A stretch of DNA of 64,000 nt from Bacillales bacterium UBA4694 (GTDB lineage: Bacteria; Bacillota_I; Bacilli_A; RFN20; CAG-288): NCBI GenBank assembly GCA_002404835.1, contig DHKM01000027.1:15514-79513 (forward strand). Reading direction: 5' to 3'. Shown here one piece after another: positions 38,513-48,030 of the stretch. Under the pieces are notes generated by a model. The model was not told the origin of the DNA, searched no databases, and saw nothing but the letters and a program-made list of their open reading frames with translations. A program made the position numbers and the translations under genes. Position 1 is the first letter of the stretch, and each line of letters starts with the position of its first letter.

Positions 38513-39454
38513 CTATTTCCTTTCTATCGCCCGAAGAATACTTGGCTTGCACCGGTTGTTCTCTTCAATTTCTTCTTCAGAAGGAACAAGCGGCTTTTTC
38601 GTAAGCAGTATATATTTACTTTCTTCCTGTCCGAGGATTGGGTGATATTTATCCCCGGTTTGGATCTGAACATAACTCTTCATCGTATTTTTGACAATCC
38701 GATCTTCTTCTGAATTGAAGGAAATGATGACCAATCGGCCCTTCGGATTCAAAAACTCGATGGCAGAAACCAATCCCTGTTTCAGTTCGTCGATTTCCTG
38801 ATTGACTTCATACCTTAATCCCAAGAAGAACTGTTTGGCAGGATGTCCTTGCTTCATCAGTTCTTTTCTAGGAAGAGAAGACTTAATGATATCCACCAAT
38901 TCAAATGTCGTTCTGATTTCTTTTTCTTGGCGAACCTCGATTATTTTCTTCACCACCGGATAATAGATTTTGCATTGTCCGAGATCTTTGAATACCCGGC
39001 ACAATTCCTTCTCCGAGTAAGTATTGACGATATCCTTGGCAGTCAGCTTTGCTTTCTGATCCATTCTCATATCCAAGTCTGAATCATATCGGTAAGAAAA
39101 GCCCCGGCTAGGGTCATCGAACTGCGGAGAAGAAACGCCGATATCCATTAGGATAAGATCAGAGCCAGCAACGCCGGATTGACGCAGTTGTTCAATGGCC
39201 CTTGAATATCTGCTGTGAAGAAAATGAAGCGAAATATTCTTTTCAAAAGGTTTCAGTCTCTCTTCGGAAAAGGATAGTGCATCCTCATCTCGATCGACCC
39301 CATAGAATGAAGAACCCTTCTTGATTCTTTTCAGAATTTCGTTTGCATGTCCGGCCCTACCCAACGTCAGATCGACGTAGATGATTTTCTCTTCCTTGAC
39401 AAAGGAGAGTACCTCTTTCAGCATGACAGGATTATGGTAATTAAACTGACTCAT
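38513..39454 (-). CDS. rsmH: 16S rRNA (cytosine1402-N4)-methyltransferase
   Basis: HNPVMLKEVL, DLTLGRAGHA, LMDIGVSSPQFD, ISFNSEEDRIVK. Confidence 0.93.
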   Translation of the reverse strand: MSQFNYHNPVMLKEVLSFVKEEKIIYVDLTLGRAGHANEILKRIKKGSSFYGVDRDEDALSFSEERLKPFEKNISLHFLHSRYSRAIEQLRQSGVAGSDLILMDIGVSSPQFDDPSRGFSYRYDSDLDMRMDQKAKLTAKDIVNTYSEKELCRVFKDLGQCKIYYPVVKKIIEVRQEKEIRTTFELVDIIKSSLPRKELMKQGHPAKQFFLGLRYEVNQEIDELKQGLVSAIEFLNPKGRLVIISFNSEEDRIVKNTMKSYVQIQTGDKYHPILGQEESKYILLTKKPLVPSEEEIEENNRCKPSILRAIERK

Positions 39455-39455
39455 T

Positions 39456-39890
39456 TCATTTTCCTATCATATCGAAGAGGTCTGTAGAAAAGTCTTCCTG
39501 ACTTTCCGTAACGGACTTTTGATACTGTTCCTTATCCCAAATTTCAAGGTGGTCATAGACGCCTACAAGGACAACGTTCTTCTTCAGCGCTACGCCTTCC
39601 ATCATTCTCTTAGAAAGAGAGATTCGATTGTGGGAATCGATTTCGACTTCCTCCGTGTTACTGGAGAAGTATCTTTGAATTCTTCTGACCTTCGGATCGA
39701 AGCTGTTCAAAGAAAAAATCTTTTCGGCAATCTTGTCATACCCTTCCTTGGAATAGACAGAGAGGCAGAAATCAGGCCCAAGTTGGACGAAAGCTTTTCC
39801 ATCCGAAAAGACATCACGGTACTTGCTAGGCAAGACCAGTCTGCCTTTTTCGTCGATGTTCAGTTCTTTATAACCGCTCAGCATGGCCAT
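39456..39890 (-). CDS. mraZ: transcriptional regulator MraZ
   Basis: MAMLSGYKELNIDEKGRLVLPSKYR, and a second SpoVT/AbrB-like half with DSHNRISLSKRM. ATG at 39890 has a GGGAG SD. The ORF-track extension to 39941 runs through the promoter. Confidence 0.9.
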   Translation of the reverse strand: MAMLSGYKELNIDEKGRLVLPSKYRDVFSDGKAFVQLGPDFCLSVYSKEGYDKIAEKIFSLNSFDPKVRRIQRYFSSNTEEVEIDSHNRISLSKRMMEGVALKKNVVLVGVYDHLEIWDKEQYQKSVTESQEDFSTDLFDMIGK

Positions 39891-39912
39891 GTTTCTCCCA
39901 CTTTGTAACAAA

Positions 39913-39941
39913 ATTATACATTTCTTCCCACAACATTGCAA
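39913..39941 (-). promoter_or_regulatory. sigma-70 type promoter of the mraZ operon
   Basis: Minus strand TTGCAA (39936-39941), a 17-nt spacer, then TATAAT (39913-39918). GTGGG(A/T) repeats lie upstream of -35, in the spacer and over the SD. Confidence 0.65.
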
Positions 39942-40040
39942 GAGATACCCACATGATATTCCTTGTTTTTTTCATGTTATCGATATTTTTTCAAAAAAAG
40001 GGACTTCAAAGTGGTTAAAAAGTAAAAAAATAACCACAGT

Positions 40041-40079
40041 AAAAAAGTGGGAGAGAAAACATATCTTTTCCCACTTTGT
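40041..40079 (-). terminator. second of two tandem terminator-like hairpins after yceD
   Basis: Minus strand AAAGTGGGAAAAG-ATATGT-TTTCTCTCCCACTTT followed by TTTAC. Confidence 0.5.
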
Positions 40080-40088
40080 CCCCCACGT

Positions 40089-40116
40089 AAAAAGCCTCCC
40101 TCATAAGGAAGGAGGC
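40089..40116 (-). terminator. intrinsic terminator after yceD
   Basis: Minus strand GCCTCCT-TCCTTATGA-GGGAGGC followed by TTTTT. Confidence 0.65.
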
Positions 40117-40122
40117 TTTTAT

Positions 40123-40629
40123 TCAAAGATCTAAATCATCCAATTTCGAGAAGGGAGAAGTATTCTTCTTTTTTTCTTTTTCGTATTCAGAATCGGAATA
40201 AACCACGAATTCAGGATCCTTGTTCTTGAATTCGACTTCAGAATAATTGGAAGGAATAGCAGAAAACAAGAGTGCAAGTATACTGCCCCTAAGATCATAG
40301 GCTCCATCTTTGTCCGGAACAATATCGCTGGACTCATTGTCACCGGGAAGAATCGTCACTTCGACATCATCGTTTATTTCGATTTCGTCGATGCGGTCGT
40401 TATCATGGTCATCGATGAGATCGACAAGCGCATATAGGTCAAGACGGATGACATAGCAGTCCTTATTACCGCTTATGGTTTCTTGAACGGAAAGCTCGTT
40501 GAAATCCTCAACATTTGTGAATTTGGCTCTTTCTTCATCCGTAAGGAAGAAATCAACATCGATAGGAACATTCAGCTTCGTATTCGGACTTCCAGGAAGA
40601 AAGATGATCCGATTATCCTTTTCCATCAT
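40123..40629 (-). CDS. yceD: DUF177 / YceD-family protein (large-subunit rRNA accumulation protein)
   Basis: Acidic ~170-aa protein with DGAYDLRGSILALLFSAIP and a C-terminal SPFSKLDDL, resembling the YceD NPFA.LK.L ending. ATGA overlap with pheT. Confidence 0.55.
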   Translation of the reverse strand: MMEKDNRIIFLPGSPNTKLNVPIDVDFFLTDEERAKFTNVEDFNELSVQETISGNKDCYVIRLDLYALVDLIDDHDNDRIDEIEINDDVEVTILPGDNESSDIVPDKDGAYDLRGSILALLFSAIPSNYSEVEFKNKDPEFVVYSDSEYEKEKKKNTSPFSKLDDLDL

Positions 40630-43004
40630 TCACCTCTCAGAGAGATACCCAGATTTGATTTGACGGCTGTGACAATACGTTTGACAGCATCTTCGATTTC
40701 TTCGCCTTTTAACGTCTTTCCCTCTCTTTGGAAATAAAGGGATACACCGATGTAGCTATCTTTTGTCTTTTCATCGACAAAGCGATCGAAAAGGGAAACA
40801 TGGTCAAGATAGGTATCCTTACACGACTTGATCGTATCGATCAGTTTCTTATAGCTGGTGGATTCATTGGCTTTGAAAGAAAGGTCTCTTCTGACTTGGG
40901 TATCCGCGGAGAATTTCACAAATTTCGTCTTAAGACCCTTAAGTTCCAACAGGAAGCCGAGGTCAATTTCAGCTAAATACACATTCTCTTTTCTTAAGGT
41001 CGGATGGACACGTCCGAAAGTTCCGACGAAATCCTTGCCGACAAAAACATCAACGCTGGCATAAGGATGGAAAGCAGGATTCTTGCTGTAAGTAAGACGA
41101 TATCTGGTTTCGGGAATTCCTATTTTCTGGAAAACAGAAGTGATGATACCTTTCATATCGAAGAAGGAGAAATCCTCACCATCATAGTTCTCCGTCTCAT
41201 ATTTCTTTCCAAGCAAACCGACAGAAAGATAAAGATGAGACCCTTTCTTAGGGTTATCGACATTGGAAATTTCGAACAATCTGAGATCAGGATTATTATG
41301 CGTCAGGTTATAATCCATGGTCTGAAGCATACTGGGAAGAAGATCGCTTCTGACGATTTCATGATCCTTTGTCATCGGATTGAGAAGACGATAACTTTCT
41401 TCGTTCGTGAACACGCGAATCATCTTATCCATTTTCTCGTCAATCAATGTATAAGAAAGTATCTCATCGAATCCCATGGAAACAAGCATTTCACGGATTT
41501 CGCGGCGTTTTCTCTGCTCTGGATTCAATCCTCCCTGAGTGATTGGATAATTCTTCAGGGTTGCAACGAGTCTTTCGGCTCCGAAATAACGATATACCTC
41601 TTCATCAATGTCGCACTGCTCCAGAAGATCGACTCTATCCATAGGTGGATATAGAAGATTTCCGACACGACGGATTCGATAGTTTTCGAAAACCTTATTT
41701 GCTTCCTCTTCCGTATAGTTTCCGCCAAGTCTATGATTAAGAAGCTCAAGAGAAAACTCGACAGGTTTTTCCTCATCTTTGACGGCATTGAAAGACGAAT
41801 AGGAGAAGACTTTGTAGGAATCGAGGAATTCCGGAAGAAGACGGAGAGTAATAGCCAAAGCCTCATCTACCATCTTCGGGTTCCTCTCTTTGGCAAAAAG
41901 CTGACTGGAAGGAGAAGAAAGTCCGAGCCTAGCCGAAGTATGCCGCACATTGACATGATAGAAAATACCGGCTTCAATATCAAAATCCTTTGTCGAATCC
42001 GATACAGCTCCACTATCTAAAGCCATGATACCGGCAACAGACACAGGACGATTGCCTTCCATGACAACAAGATCGTCTTTCTTCAGAATGATGTCTTTCC
42101 CGTCAAATGTTTTGACGGAGACAGAATCCAGATTATCGACAACGTGATAATCCCCTGCCTGGTTCTTTTTGGCATCGTACATATTGAGAGGCTGACCAGA
42201 AAGCAGCATGCTGAAATTTCCCAAGTCGACAATAGGTGAAACAGGACGAATTCCGCTTGCGGAAAGGAAGTTCTTTATTCTATCCGGAGTCTTCGCTTTG
42301 ACTTTCACATCCGTGATTCTAAGAATATCGAATCTCGGGCAGGAATCCGTTTCGCTTTTTACTGCAAATTGGGAAGGAATGGCATTTTTCTGGAACTCAG
42401 GTGCCTTTTTCATCGGCAAAGACATCAAAGCCGAGATTTCCCTTGCCATACCAAAATAGCTAAGGCAATCAGGACGATTAGGAAGAACATTGATATCAAA
42501 AATCGTATCATCCAATCCCAAATAGGACAGAACATCGGTTTCCCCGATAGGAGCTTCTTCGCAAAGTTCCTCGATTCCATCCTTTGACGGTGAATTTTCA
42601 TCCAAGGATTCGCTTGGAACTCCGAGTTCAAGAAGCGAGCAGCACATTCCGTCGCTTTCTTTTCCGCGGATCATTCCTTTCTTAATGGTTGCGTTCAAAA
42701 ACGGAAGCACGCAACCTTCCAGGGCCACGATAACCTTGATGCCGGCTCTGGCATTCTTGGCTCCGCATACGATATTCTTGATACCATATTTATTTCCCAA
42801 ATCCACGGTAAGAAGATGAAGATGATCGCTGTCTGGATGCTTTTCGCAGGTAAGAATCTTTCCGATACAAAGCTTGGATGCACTGGCAAGCGGATGCATA
42901 TCCTCGACTTCGAAGCCAGAAAAAGTGAGTCTATCACGAACCGTTTTAGGATCAGTCAAGGATAAATCGACCAACTCAGATAAAAGCTTATATGAAAATA
43001 ACAT
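40626..43004 (-). CDS. pheT: phenylalanine--tRNA ligase beta subunit
   Basis: 792 aa. N-terminal tRNA-binding OB domain (KILTCEKHPDSDHLHLLTVDLG), then B3/4, B5 and FDX-ACB domains. Follows pheS. Confidence 0.93.
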   Translation of the reverse strand: MLFSYKLLSELVDLSLTDPKTVRDRLTFSGFEVEDMHPLASASKLCIGKILTCEKHPDSDHLHLLTVDLGNKYGIKNIVCGAKNARAGIKVIVALEGCVLPFLNATIKKGMIRGKESDGMCCSLLELGVPSESLDENSPSKDGIEELCEEAPIGETDVLSYLGLDDTIFDINVLPNRPDCLSYFGMAREISALMSLPMKKAPEFQKNAIPSQFAVKSETDSCPRFDILRITDVKVKAKTPDRIKNFLSASGIRPVSPIVDLGNFSMLLSGQPLNMYDAKKNQAGDYHVVDNLDSVSVKTFDGKDIILKKDDLVVMEGNRPVSVAGIMALDSGAVSDSTKDFDIEAGIFYHVNVRHTSARLGLSSPSSQLFAKERNPKMVDEALAITLRLLPEFLDSYKVFSYSSFNAVKDEEKPVEFSLELLNHRLGGNYTEEEANKVFENYRIRRVGNLLYPPMDRVDLLEQCDIDEEVYRYFGAERLVATLKNYPITQGGLNPEQRKRREIREMLVSMGFDEILSYTLIDEKMDKMIRVFTNEESYRLLNPMTKDHEIVRSDLLPSMLQTMDYNLTHNNPDLRLFEISNVDNPKKGSHLYLSVGLLGKKYETENYDGEDFSFFDMKGIITSVFQKIGIPETRYRLTYSKNPAFHPYASVDVFVGKDFVGTFGRVHPTLRKENVYLAEIDLGFLLELKGLKTKFVKFSADTQVRRDLSFKANESTSYKKLIDTIKSCKDTYLDHVSLFDRFVDEKTKDSYIGVSLYFQREGKTLKGEEIEDAVKRIVTAVKSNLGISLRGE

Positions 43005-43010
43005 GATTCA

Positions 43011-44057
43011 TCACTCCTTTCTGAACTGCTTGAGGAATTTGACATCGCCGGTATAGAAACGCTTGATATCGTCGATTCCGTATTTCAACATGGCAACTCG
43101 GTCAATACCGATGCCGAAGGCAATTCCTTGATATTTCTTATCATCGAAGCCATTCAGCCTCAGAACGTTCGGATGTACCATACCTGCCCCAAGGATTTCA
43201 ATCCAGCCGGTATGTTTGCACAAAGCGCATCCTTTTCCACCGCACTCGAAGCAGGAAATATCAGCTTCGACACTTGGCTCAGTGAACGGGAAAAAAGAAG
43301 GACGGAAGCGGACTTCCCTCTTCTCGCCGAACAGATGACGAAGAAGAAGAGTCAAAGTTTCCATCAAATTGCTGAAAGTCACATCCTCACTGATGACAAG
43401 TCCTTCGATTTGACCGAACTGATGGGAATGAGTAGCATCATTGTCCCTACGATAGACTTTTCCAGGGGAAATGATTTTGATCGGACCCTTTCCTTTGCTT
43501 AAAGCCATGTAACGGGCCTGAATGGCAGAAGTCTGGGAACGAAGGACCGTGTTTGGATCAATCACAAATGTATCCTGCATGTCCCTGGCTGGATGATCCT
43601 TGGGAATATTGAGAAGCTCGAAATTGTTGGTATCGGATTCGACTTCCGGACCATTGACAACGATATATCCAAGACCGGTGAAAAAGTCCGAGATATCGTC
43701 GACTATGGAATAAAACGGATTCTTACTGCCGTTAAAACAGCCATTTCCAGGAAGAGTGATATCGACTTTTCCTTCCTCAAGCTTCTTCTGAAGCTCCTTT
43801 TCATTGAGTTCCTTTTCCTTTTCCTCGAAAAGAGAATTAAGCCTGTTTTTCAGATTGCCCAAAGCCTGTCCGAATTCCTTCTTCTCCTCGTTCTTCACAT
43901 CCTTCATCATAGAATAAAATCCAGTCAGATCACTCTTCTTTCCCAAAAACTGACCCTTGAAGTTGTTTAAGGATAGTTTATCTACGACCTGTTTGATGGC
44001 CTGTTGGGCCTTGTTGACCTGTTGTTCTGAAATTTCCTTGAATTCCTGTAATGTCAT
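43011..44057 (-). CDS. pheS: phenylalanine--tRNA ligase alpha subunit
   Basis: HPARDMQDTF, YRRDNDATHSHQFGQIEG, FFPFTEPS, AFGIGIDRVAML. Confidence 0.95.
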   Translation of the reverse strand: MTLQEFKEISEQQVNKAQQAIKQVVDKLSLNNFKGQFLGKKSDLTGFYSMMKDVKNEEKKEFGQALGNLKNRLNSLFEEKEKELNEKELQKKLEEGKVDITLPGNGCFNGSKNPFYSIVDDISDFFTGLGYIVVNGPEVESDTNNFELLNIPKDHPARDMQDTFVIDPNTVLRSQTSAIQARYMALSKGKGPIKIISPGKVYRRDNDATHSHQFGQIEGLVISEDVTFSNLMETLTLLLRHLFGEKREVRFRPSFFPFTEPSVEADISCFECGGKGCALCKHTGWIEILGAGMVHPNVLRLNGFDDKKYQGIAFGIGIDRVAMLKYGIDDIKRFYTGDVKFLKQFRKE

Positions 44058-44068
44058 AACTCACCTTT

Positions 44069-45406
44069 CTAATCATTGTCAATCGGAATGACAATGGTAC
44101 CATCGCTGTCATCATCTTCTTCGTCAGCAGCGTCATCCTGTTTTTGATTATCGCCATTTTCTTCAACTGCGAATTCATACACATCAGCAGCCGGTTTCTT
44201 CTCTTCTTTTTCTTTTTCGACAGCCGGAACGGCAACATCATTTTCCACCGGCTTCTCATCGGTTTTCTCTTCTTCTTTCTTCTTGTTGAGAAGACTCTTT
44301 AGGTAATCAGGAAGGGGAGAGGAATCCTGATCCTTCTCCATTTCCTTTTCGGTCCTGGAGATATCCTTCTTTTCCTCTTTTTGGACAAAAGTATTCCTCA
44401 TGTGGGGAGTATCGGCAGAAAAATCCATCTCTTTGACAAAGTCTGTGGCAATAATCGCAATCGTGACTTTATCCTTATAATTCTCATCGTACATGACACC
44501 GAAGATGATATTCGGTTCGTTTCCGCTCGATTCATTGATGAAGTCCACGGCATACTGGATGTCATCCAGCGTGGTATCATCCCCGATTGTAAAGTTGATG
44601 ATCATGCTCTGTGCGCCTTTGATGGATGCCTCAAGAAGAGGGGAATTGATGGCATTTCTGGCAGCATCGATGGCTTTTTCCTTGCCGGTTCCGGTTCCAA
44701 TACCGATCAGAGAAATGCCCTTTCCGGAAAGAGTGGACTTCACATCGGCAAAATCCAAATTGATGATGCCATGCTCAAGAATCATATCCGTAATGGTCTT
44801 AACAGCCCTAGCCAAAACCATATCCGCACATTTGAAGGCTTCCCTAAGCCCCTTTGTTCCATTGTTGAAGACAAGCTTATCATTGCTCACGACGATAATG
44901 GCATCCACATTCTTCTTCAGTTCGGCAATACCCTGAAGGGCATTCAGCTTACGCTGCTTACCCTCGAAATTGAATGGCCGAGTAACAATGGCAAGGACCA
45001 AGGATCCTTGATCCCTGGCTGCTTTGGCAATAACCGGAGCAGCTCCGGTTCCGGTTCCTCCGCCTTCACCGCAGGCCAAGAAGACCATGTCGGCGTCTTT
45101 GACGAGGATCTGGATATCGGAATAGGAATCCTCAGCCGCCTCTTTGCCCCGGCTTGGATTTCCGCCGGCACCGAGTCCGTTGGTAATGTTCTTGCCAAGA
45201 ACATATTTGTTCGGACATTCACTGTGGGCCAAAGCCTGGGCATCCGTATTACAGACAATATACTCGACAAGATCCTTCTTGTCGTTGATCATCTGGTTAA
45301 CAGCATTGCTTCCGCCTCCACCGACACCGATTACTTTGATCTTGGCATTCGTTGTCAGACTATCTGTCGAAAAGACAAGCGGATTTCTTTCATTTTTTTC
45401 TTGCAT
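44069..45406 (-). CDS. ftsZ: cell division protein FtsZ (long Lys/Glu/Asp-rich C-terminal linker)
   Basis: [45 protein letters not shown]. Confidence 0.95.
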   Translation of the reverse strand: MQEKNERNPLVFSTDSLTTNAKIKVIGVGGGGSNAVNQMINDKKDLVEYIVCNTDAQALAHSECPNKYVLGKNITNGLGAGGNPSRGKEAAEDSYSDIQILVKDADMVFLACGEGGGTGTGAAPVIAKAARDQGSLVLAIVTRPFNFEGKQRKLNALQGIAELKKNVDAIIVVSNDKLVFNNGTKGLREAFKCADMVLARAVKTITDMILEHGIINLDFADVKSTLSGKGISLIGIGTGTGKEKAIDAARNAINSPLLEASIKGAQSMIINFTIGDDTTLDDIQYAVDFINESSGNEPNIIFGVMYDENYKDKVTIAIIATDFVKEMDFSADTPHMRNTFVQKEEKKDISRTEKEMEKDQDSSPLPDYLKSLLNKKKEEEKTDEKPVENDVAVPAVEKEKEEKKPAADVYEFAVEENGDNQKQDDAADEEDDDSDGTIVIPIDND

Positions 45407-45418
45407 AATGACTCCTGT

Positions 45419-46579
45419 TTATTTATCTCTGGAAAAGGACTGATTGCTGAAATTTGTATCGCCCTCCTTCTTCTTGGCTTCCTGGATGGTTGTCTGATAG
45501 GTAAAAGAAGAAATCAGGATTGCGCCAAGGCAATTCGCATAAACTTTGTTCCTGGCACCAATTGCCTTGTTGTAGAAAATCATGTTGTCCCTTTTCAATT
45601 CATTTACGAAGTAATTGTCAATATCCTCGACATCGCTTCCCGGTCCTGCCAGAATCAAAGGAACATCTTTACCGGCAGAATGAATCTGAACACATTCCTT
45701 AAGAGAAGCAACCAAGGGGTCGAAAGCCTTTTTGAAGGCATCGCTGGTATCCGACAGGGTTTTCTGGTCCTCCGTGATGAATACAAACCCGGATTCATTC
45801 CTAAGACCGAAAAGGTTCAAGTATTCCAGGGTTTTCTTCACATCCAGAGACAGTGACTTGCTGGCTCGGTCAACCACCTGATCAATGCCATAGCGGATGA
45901 TTTTCGATTCGTTCATTCTACGTTTTGATACATAAGAAAGGTAGGAATAATCCTTTTCAATATCAAGACAGATATAGGAGGAAGGAACTTCAAAGAAATT
46001 TATGAAGCTGATGGTACAAAAAGAAGAAACAAGATAAAGATATATGTCCAGGTGAAGATCACGAAGGATCGATGCATAATGGTTGTAGGATTCCTCATCG
46101 ACCATCTGAGCATCGGCAAAGACTTCCAGTTGATCCGAAAGCGAACCAACAGGAAAAGTATCGTAGTTCTTCTTGTTGTCATCCGCAAAAAGAGAGGGAT
46201 CATCATAGACAATCTTCTTCCCTTCCATCTTTGTCTTCTTGTTGATCTGATTCGTGCAGTTCTGGTAATCAACCTGGGTGATTCTGGAAGAAGGATCGAC
46301 AGTCGTAGATTTACCTTCCTCAGATTTCACCAAAAAACCATCCGGAGGAAGCAGCGCAATGAATACTCCCAAATCATCTTTCAGTTTGCTTTTGGCTTCC
46401 CGAAGAAGAAGCGCAAGACTTTCCTCCGTTTCTTTCTTGTTCAAATAACCCTTTTCGTCGATAGGAATCGGTTGACCTTCCATGGCCTGCAGCGCATAGA
46501 CGGTTCCTTTGAAATAATATCCGGTGACGACTCTCAGCCCACTAGAGGAGAAATCGATGACCGTTACCAAATTTGACAT
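45419..46579 (-). CDS. ftsA: cell division protein FtsA (actin-like ATPase)
   Basis: VIDFSSSGLRVVTG phosphate-1 motif, ILAGPGSDVEDI (resembling the FtsA L.GGG..L.G motif), and position between divIB and ftsZ. Confidence 0.75.
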   Translation of the reverse strand: MSNLVTVIDFSSSGLRVVTGYYFKGTVYALQAMEGQPIPIDEKGYLNKKETEESLALLLREAKSKLKDDLGVFIALLPPDGFLVKSEEGKSTTVDPSSRITQVDYQNCTNQINKKTKMEGKKIVYDDPSLFADDNKKNYDTFPVGSLSDQLEVFADAQMVDEESYNHYASILRDLHLDIYLYLVSSFCTISFINFFEVPSSYICLDIEKDYSYLSYVSKRRMNESKIIRYGIDQVVDRASKSLSLDVKKTLEYLNLFGLRNESGFVFITEDQKTLSDTSDAFKKAFDPLVASLKECVQIHSAGKDVPLILAGPGSDVEDIDNYFVNELKRDNMIFYNKAIGARNKVYANCLGAILISSFTYQTTIQEAKKKEGDTNFSNQSFSRDK

Positions 46580-46595
46580 GTCTTATTACCTCCTT

Positions 46596-47516
46596 TCAAT
46601 ACTGTTTCACAATATCGATGGTATCATTCTGTCTGTATTCGACCTTGAAATGATAAACATCGATAGAATTGCCTTCCGGAAACTTGTATTCCTGCAAGGA
46701 AAGAGTTTCTGCTTGTTTGTTGCAGGCATTCAAAGCTTCGTTCAGGAACACTTTCTGATTGAAAATCTTGTCGATTTTGTCATAGAGAACGTTTTCGAAA
46801 CAGAAAACACGTTCAGTCCTTGTGTCTTTATAAAGAACATCCATGATTTTGAAATTTTCGTTCTTATAGACGACATCCGAAAAACCGTCCAAGACCAAAG
46901 AAGAAGTGTTTTTGAAAGGAGAAAACATTTTCTTCGAAAAATCTTCTCCGACATCCCCTTGTCTTATATGAACCTTAAAAAGTGATCCGGACTGACATTT
47001 TTCACTGACGGTTTGCTTAAGCTCTTTTTTTCTTTCCTCTTCCAAATTCGTATTGTCAATCAGAGAAAGAACTTCATCAAGTTTTTTTCCGGAAGAAAAA
47101 TAACTGATTCCCTCATACTGTCCAAGAGGAAAATCCTCTTCGGCTACAACTTTCCCGGAAAAAACATTGGACGAGATTTTGATACCGGATAAAAGTCCGG
47201 AGGAATTCTTCTCCAGATTCTGCGAAGCCTCTTTTGAATCGAAAGTAAGAAGCGAGGTCTTTTTGTGAACCCCCATCATATAGAAAACATCTTCTTTATC
47301 AAGATTCCTAAGGCCTTCGAAACGAAGAGATTCCACATGAAAGACAGGAAGGGAGAGATAAAGGAAAAGCGAAAGTATCCATAAAAGAAGAAGTACGAGA
47401 AAAAAAGTCTTCTTGTTTCGGTAGTGCGTATTTCTTTTTTCAAGCTCATCATCTATCGTCAGATAGCTTGGCGGAGCCGAAAAATCTTCATTTTTCATTT
47501 GTTGCGTAGATTTCAT
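46596..47516 (-). CDS. divIB: DivIB/FtsQ-like division protein (TM helix plus POTRA domain)
   Basis: TM helix FFLVLLLLWILSLFLYL, then POTRA-like VFHVESLRFEGLRNLDKEDVFYMMG. ATG at 47516 has GAGG 7 nt upstream. The ORF-track TTG at 47552 is less likely. Confidence 0.6.
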   Translation of the reverse strand: MKSTQQMKNEDFSAPPSYLTIDDELEKRNTHYRNKKTFFLVLLLLWILSLFLYLSLPVFHVESLRFEGLRNLDKEDVFYMMGVHKKTSLLTFDSKEASQNLEKNSSGLLSGIKISSNVFSGKVVAEEDFPLGQYEGISYFSSGKKLDEVLSLIDNTNLEEERKKELKQTVSEKCQSGSLFKVHIRQGDVGEDFSKKMFSPFKNTSSLVLDGFSDVVYKNENFKIMDVLYKDTRTERVFCFENVLYDKIDKIFNQKVFLNEALNACNKQAETLSLQEYKFPEGNSIDVYHFKVEYRQNDTIDIVKQY

Positions 47517-47612
47517 TTTTTGCCTCAGGAATATTTTAGCGTAATCAGTCAAATAGAGAAAGCAAAAAAGGACAAATTGAAGAGATTTCCGGAAAAAAGG
47601 GTAGCCTTGGAT

Positions 47613-47942
47613 TTATTTCCGATAGATAAACCTCGTTTGGAATCCGAAAAGCGGGAAATAACGTAAAACCTCCTTCATGCGGATGATGGCCATGCTTTTA
47701 GAAAGAAAGCTTCCCGATGGATAGAACCGGATATAGTTCTTGTCAGTATAAAGAAGTACATAGAAATAACCCGTCCTTCCAAAATCCACGCCTTCCATGA
47801 CAAAGCCCTCCAATTTCCCGCAAAAATTGATGACACAAGTTCGGAAAACGCTATTGTCCATCAAAAAGAACCTCAGATCATCTTTATCCTTGAGCAGTCG
47901 AAAAAGATAATCCCAGTCATCGACGTATTCTCTCTCATCCAT
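47613..47942 (-). CDS. hypothetical 109-aa cytoplasmic protein (no recognisable family)
   Basis: Intact ORF in an otherwise empty gap between recJ and divIB. AAGGAG lies 9 nt upstream of the ATG. No TM helix or signal peptide. Confidence 0.5.
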   Translation of the reverse strand: MDEREYVDDWDYLFRLLKDKDDLRFFLMDNSVFRTCVINFCGKLEGFVMEGVDFGRTGYFYVLLYTDKNYIRFYPSGSFLSKSMAIIRMKEVLRYFPLFGFQTRFIYRK

Positions 47943-47970
47943 AAAAAATGCTCCTTTTTAGAAGGAGCAT
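47943..47970 (-). terminator. intrinsic terminator after recJ (contains the SD of the next ORF)
   Basis: Minus strand ATGCTCCTTC-TAAA-AAGGAGCAT followed by TTTTTT, then the ATG at 47942. Confidence 0.7.
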
Positions 47971-48030
47971 ACATCAATTCGAAACAAAAAGAAACTGCTG
48001 GGAAAAAAGTCGGAAGACATAGGAACAAAT

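Noticed and set aside
44381-45856. Very long (491 aa) plus-strand ORF antisense to ftsZ and ftsA
   Set aside because: It spans the ftsA/ftsZ intergenic gap and has no SD. Its translation is low-complexity (I/L/F/G/D-rich) with no motif. The minus-strand genes have unambiguous FtsZ and FtsA signatures. It is a shadow ORF produced by the Gly/Ala/Asp/Glu-rich codon usage of the real genes.
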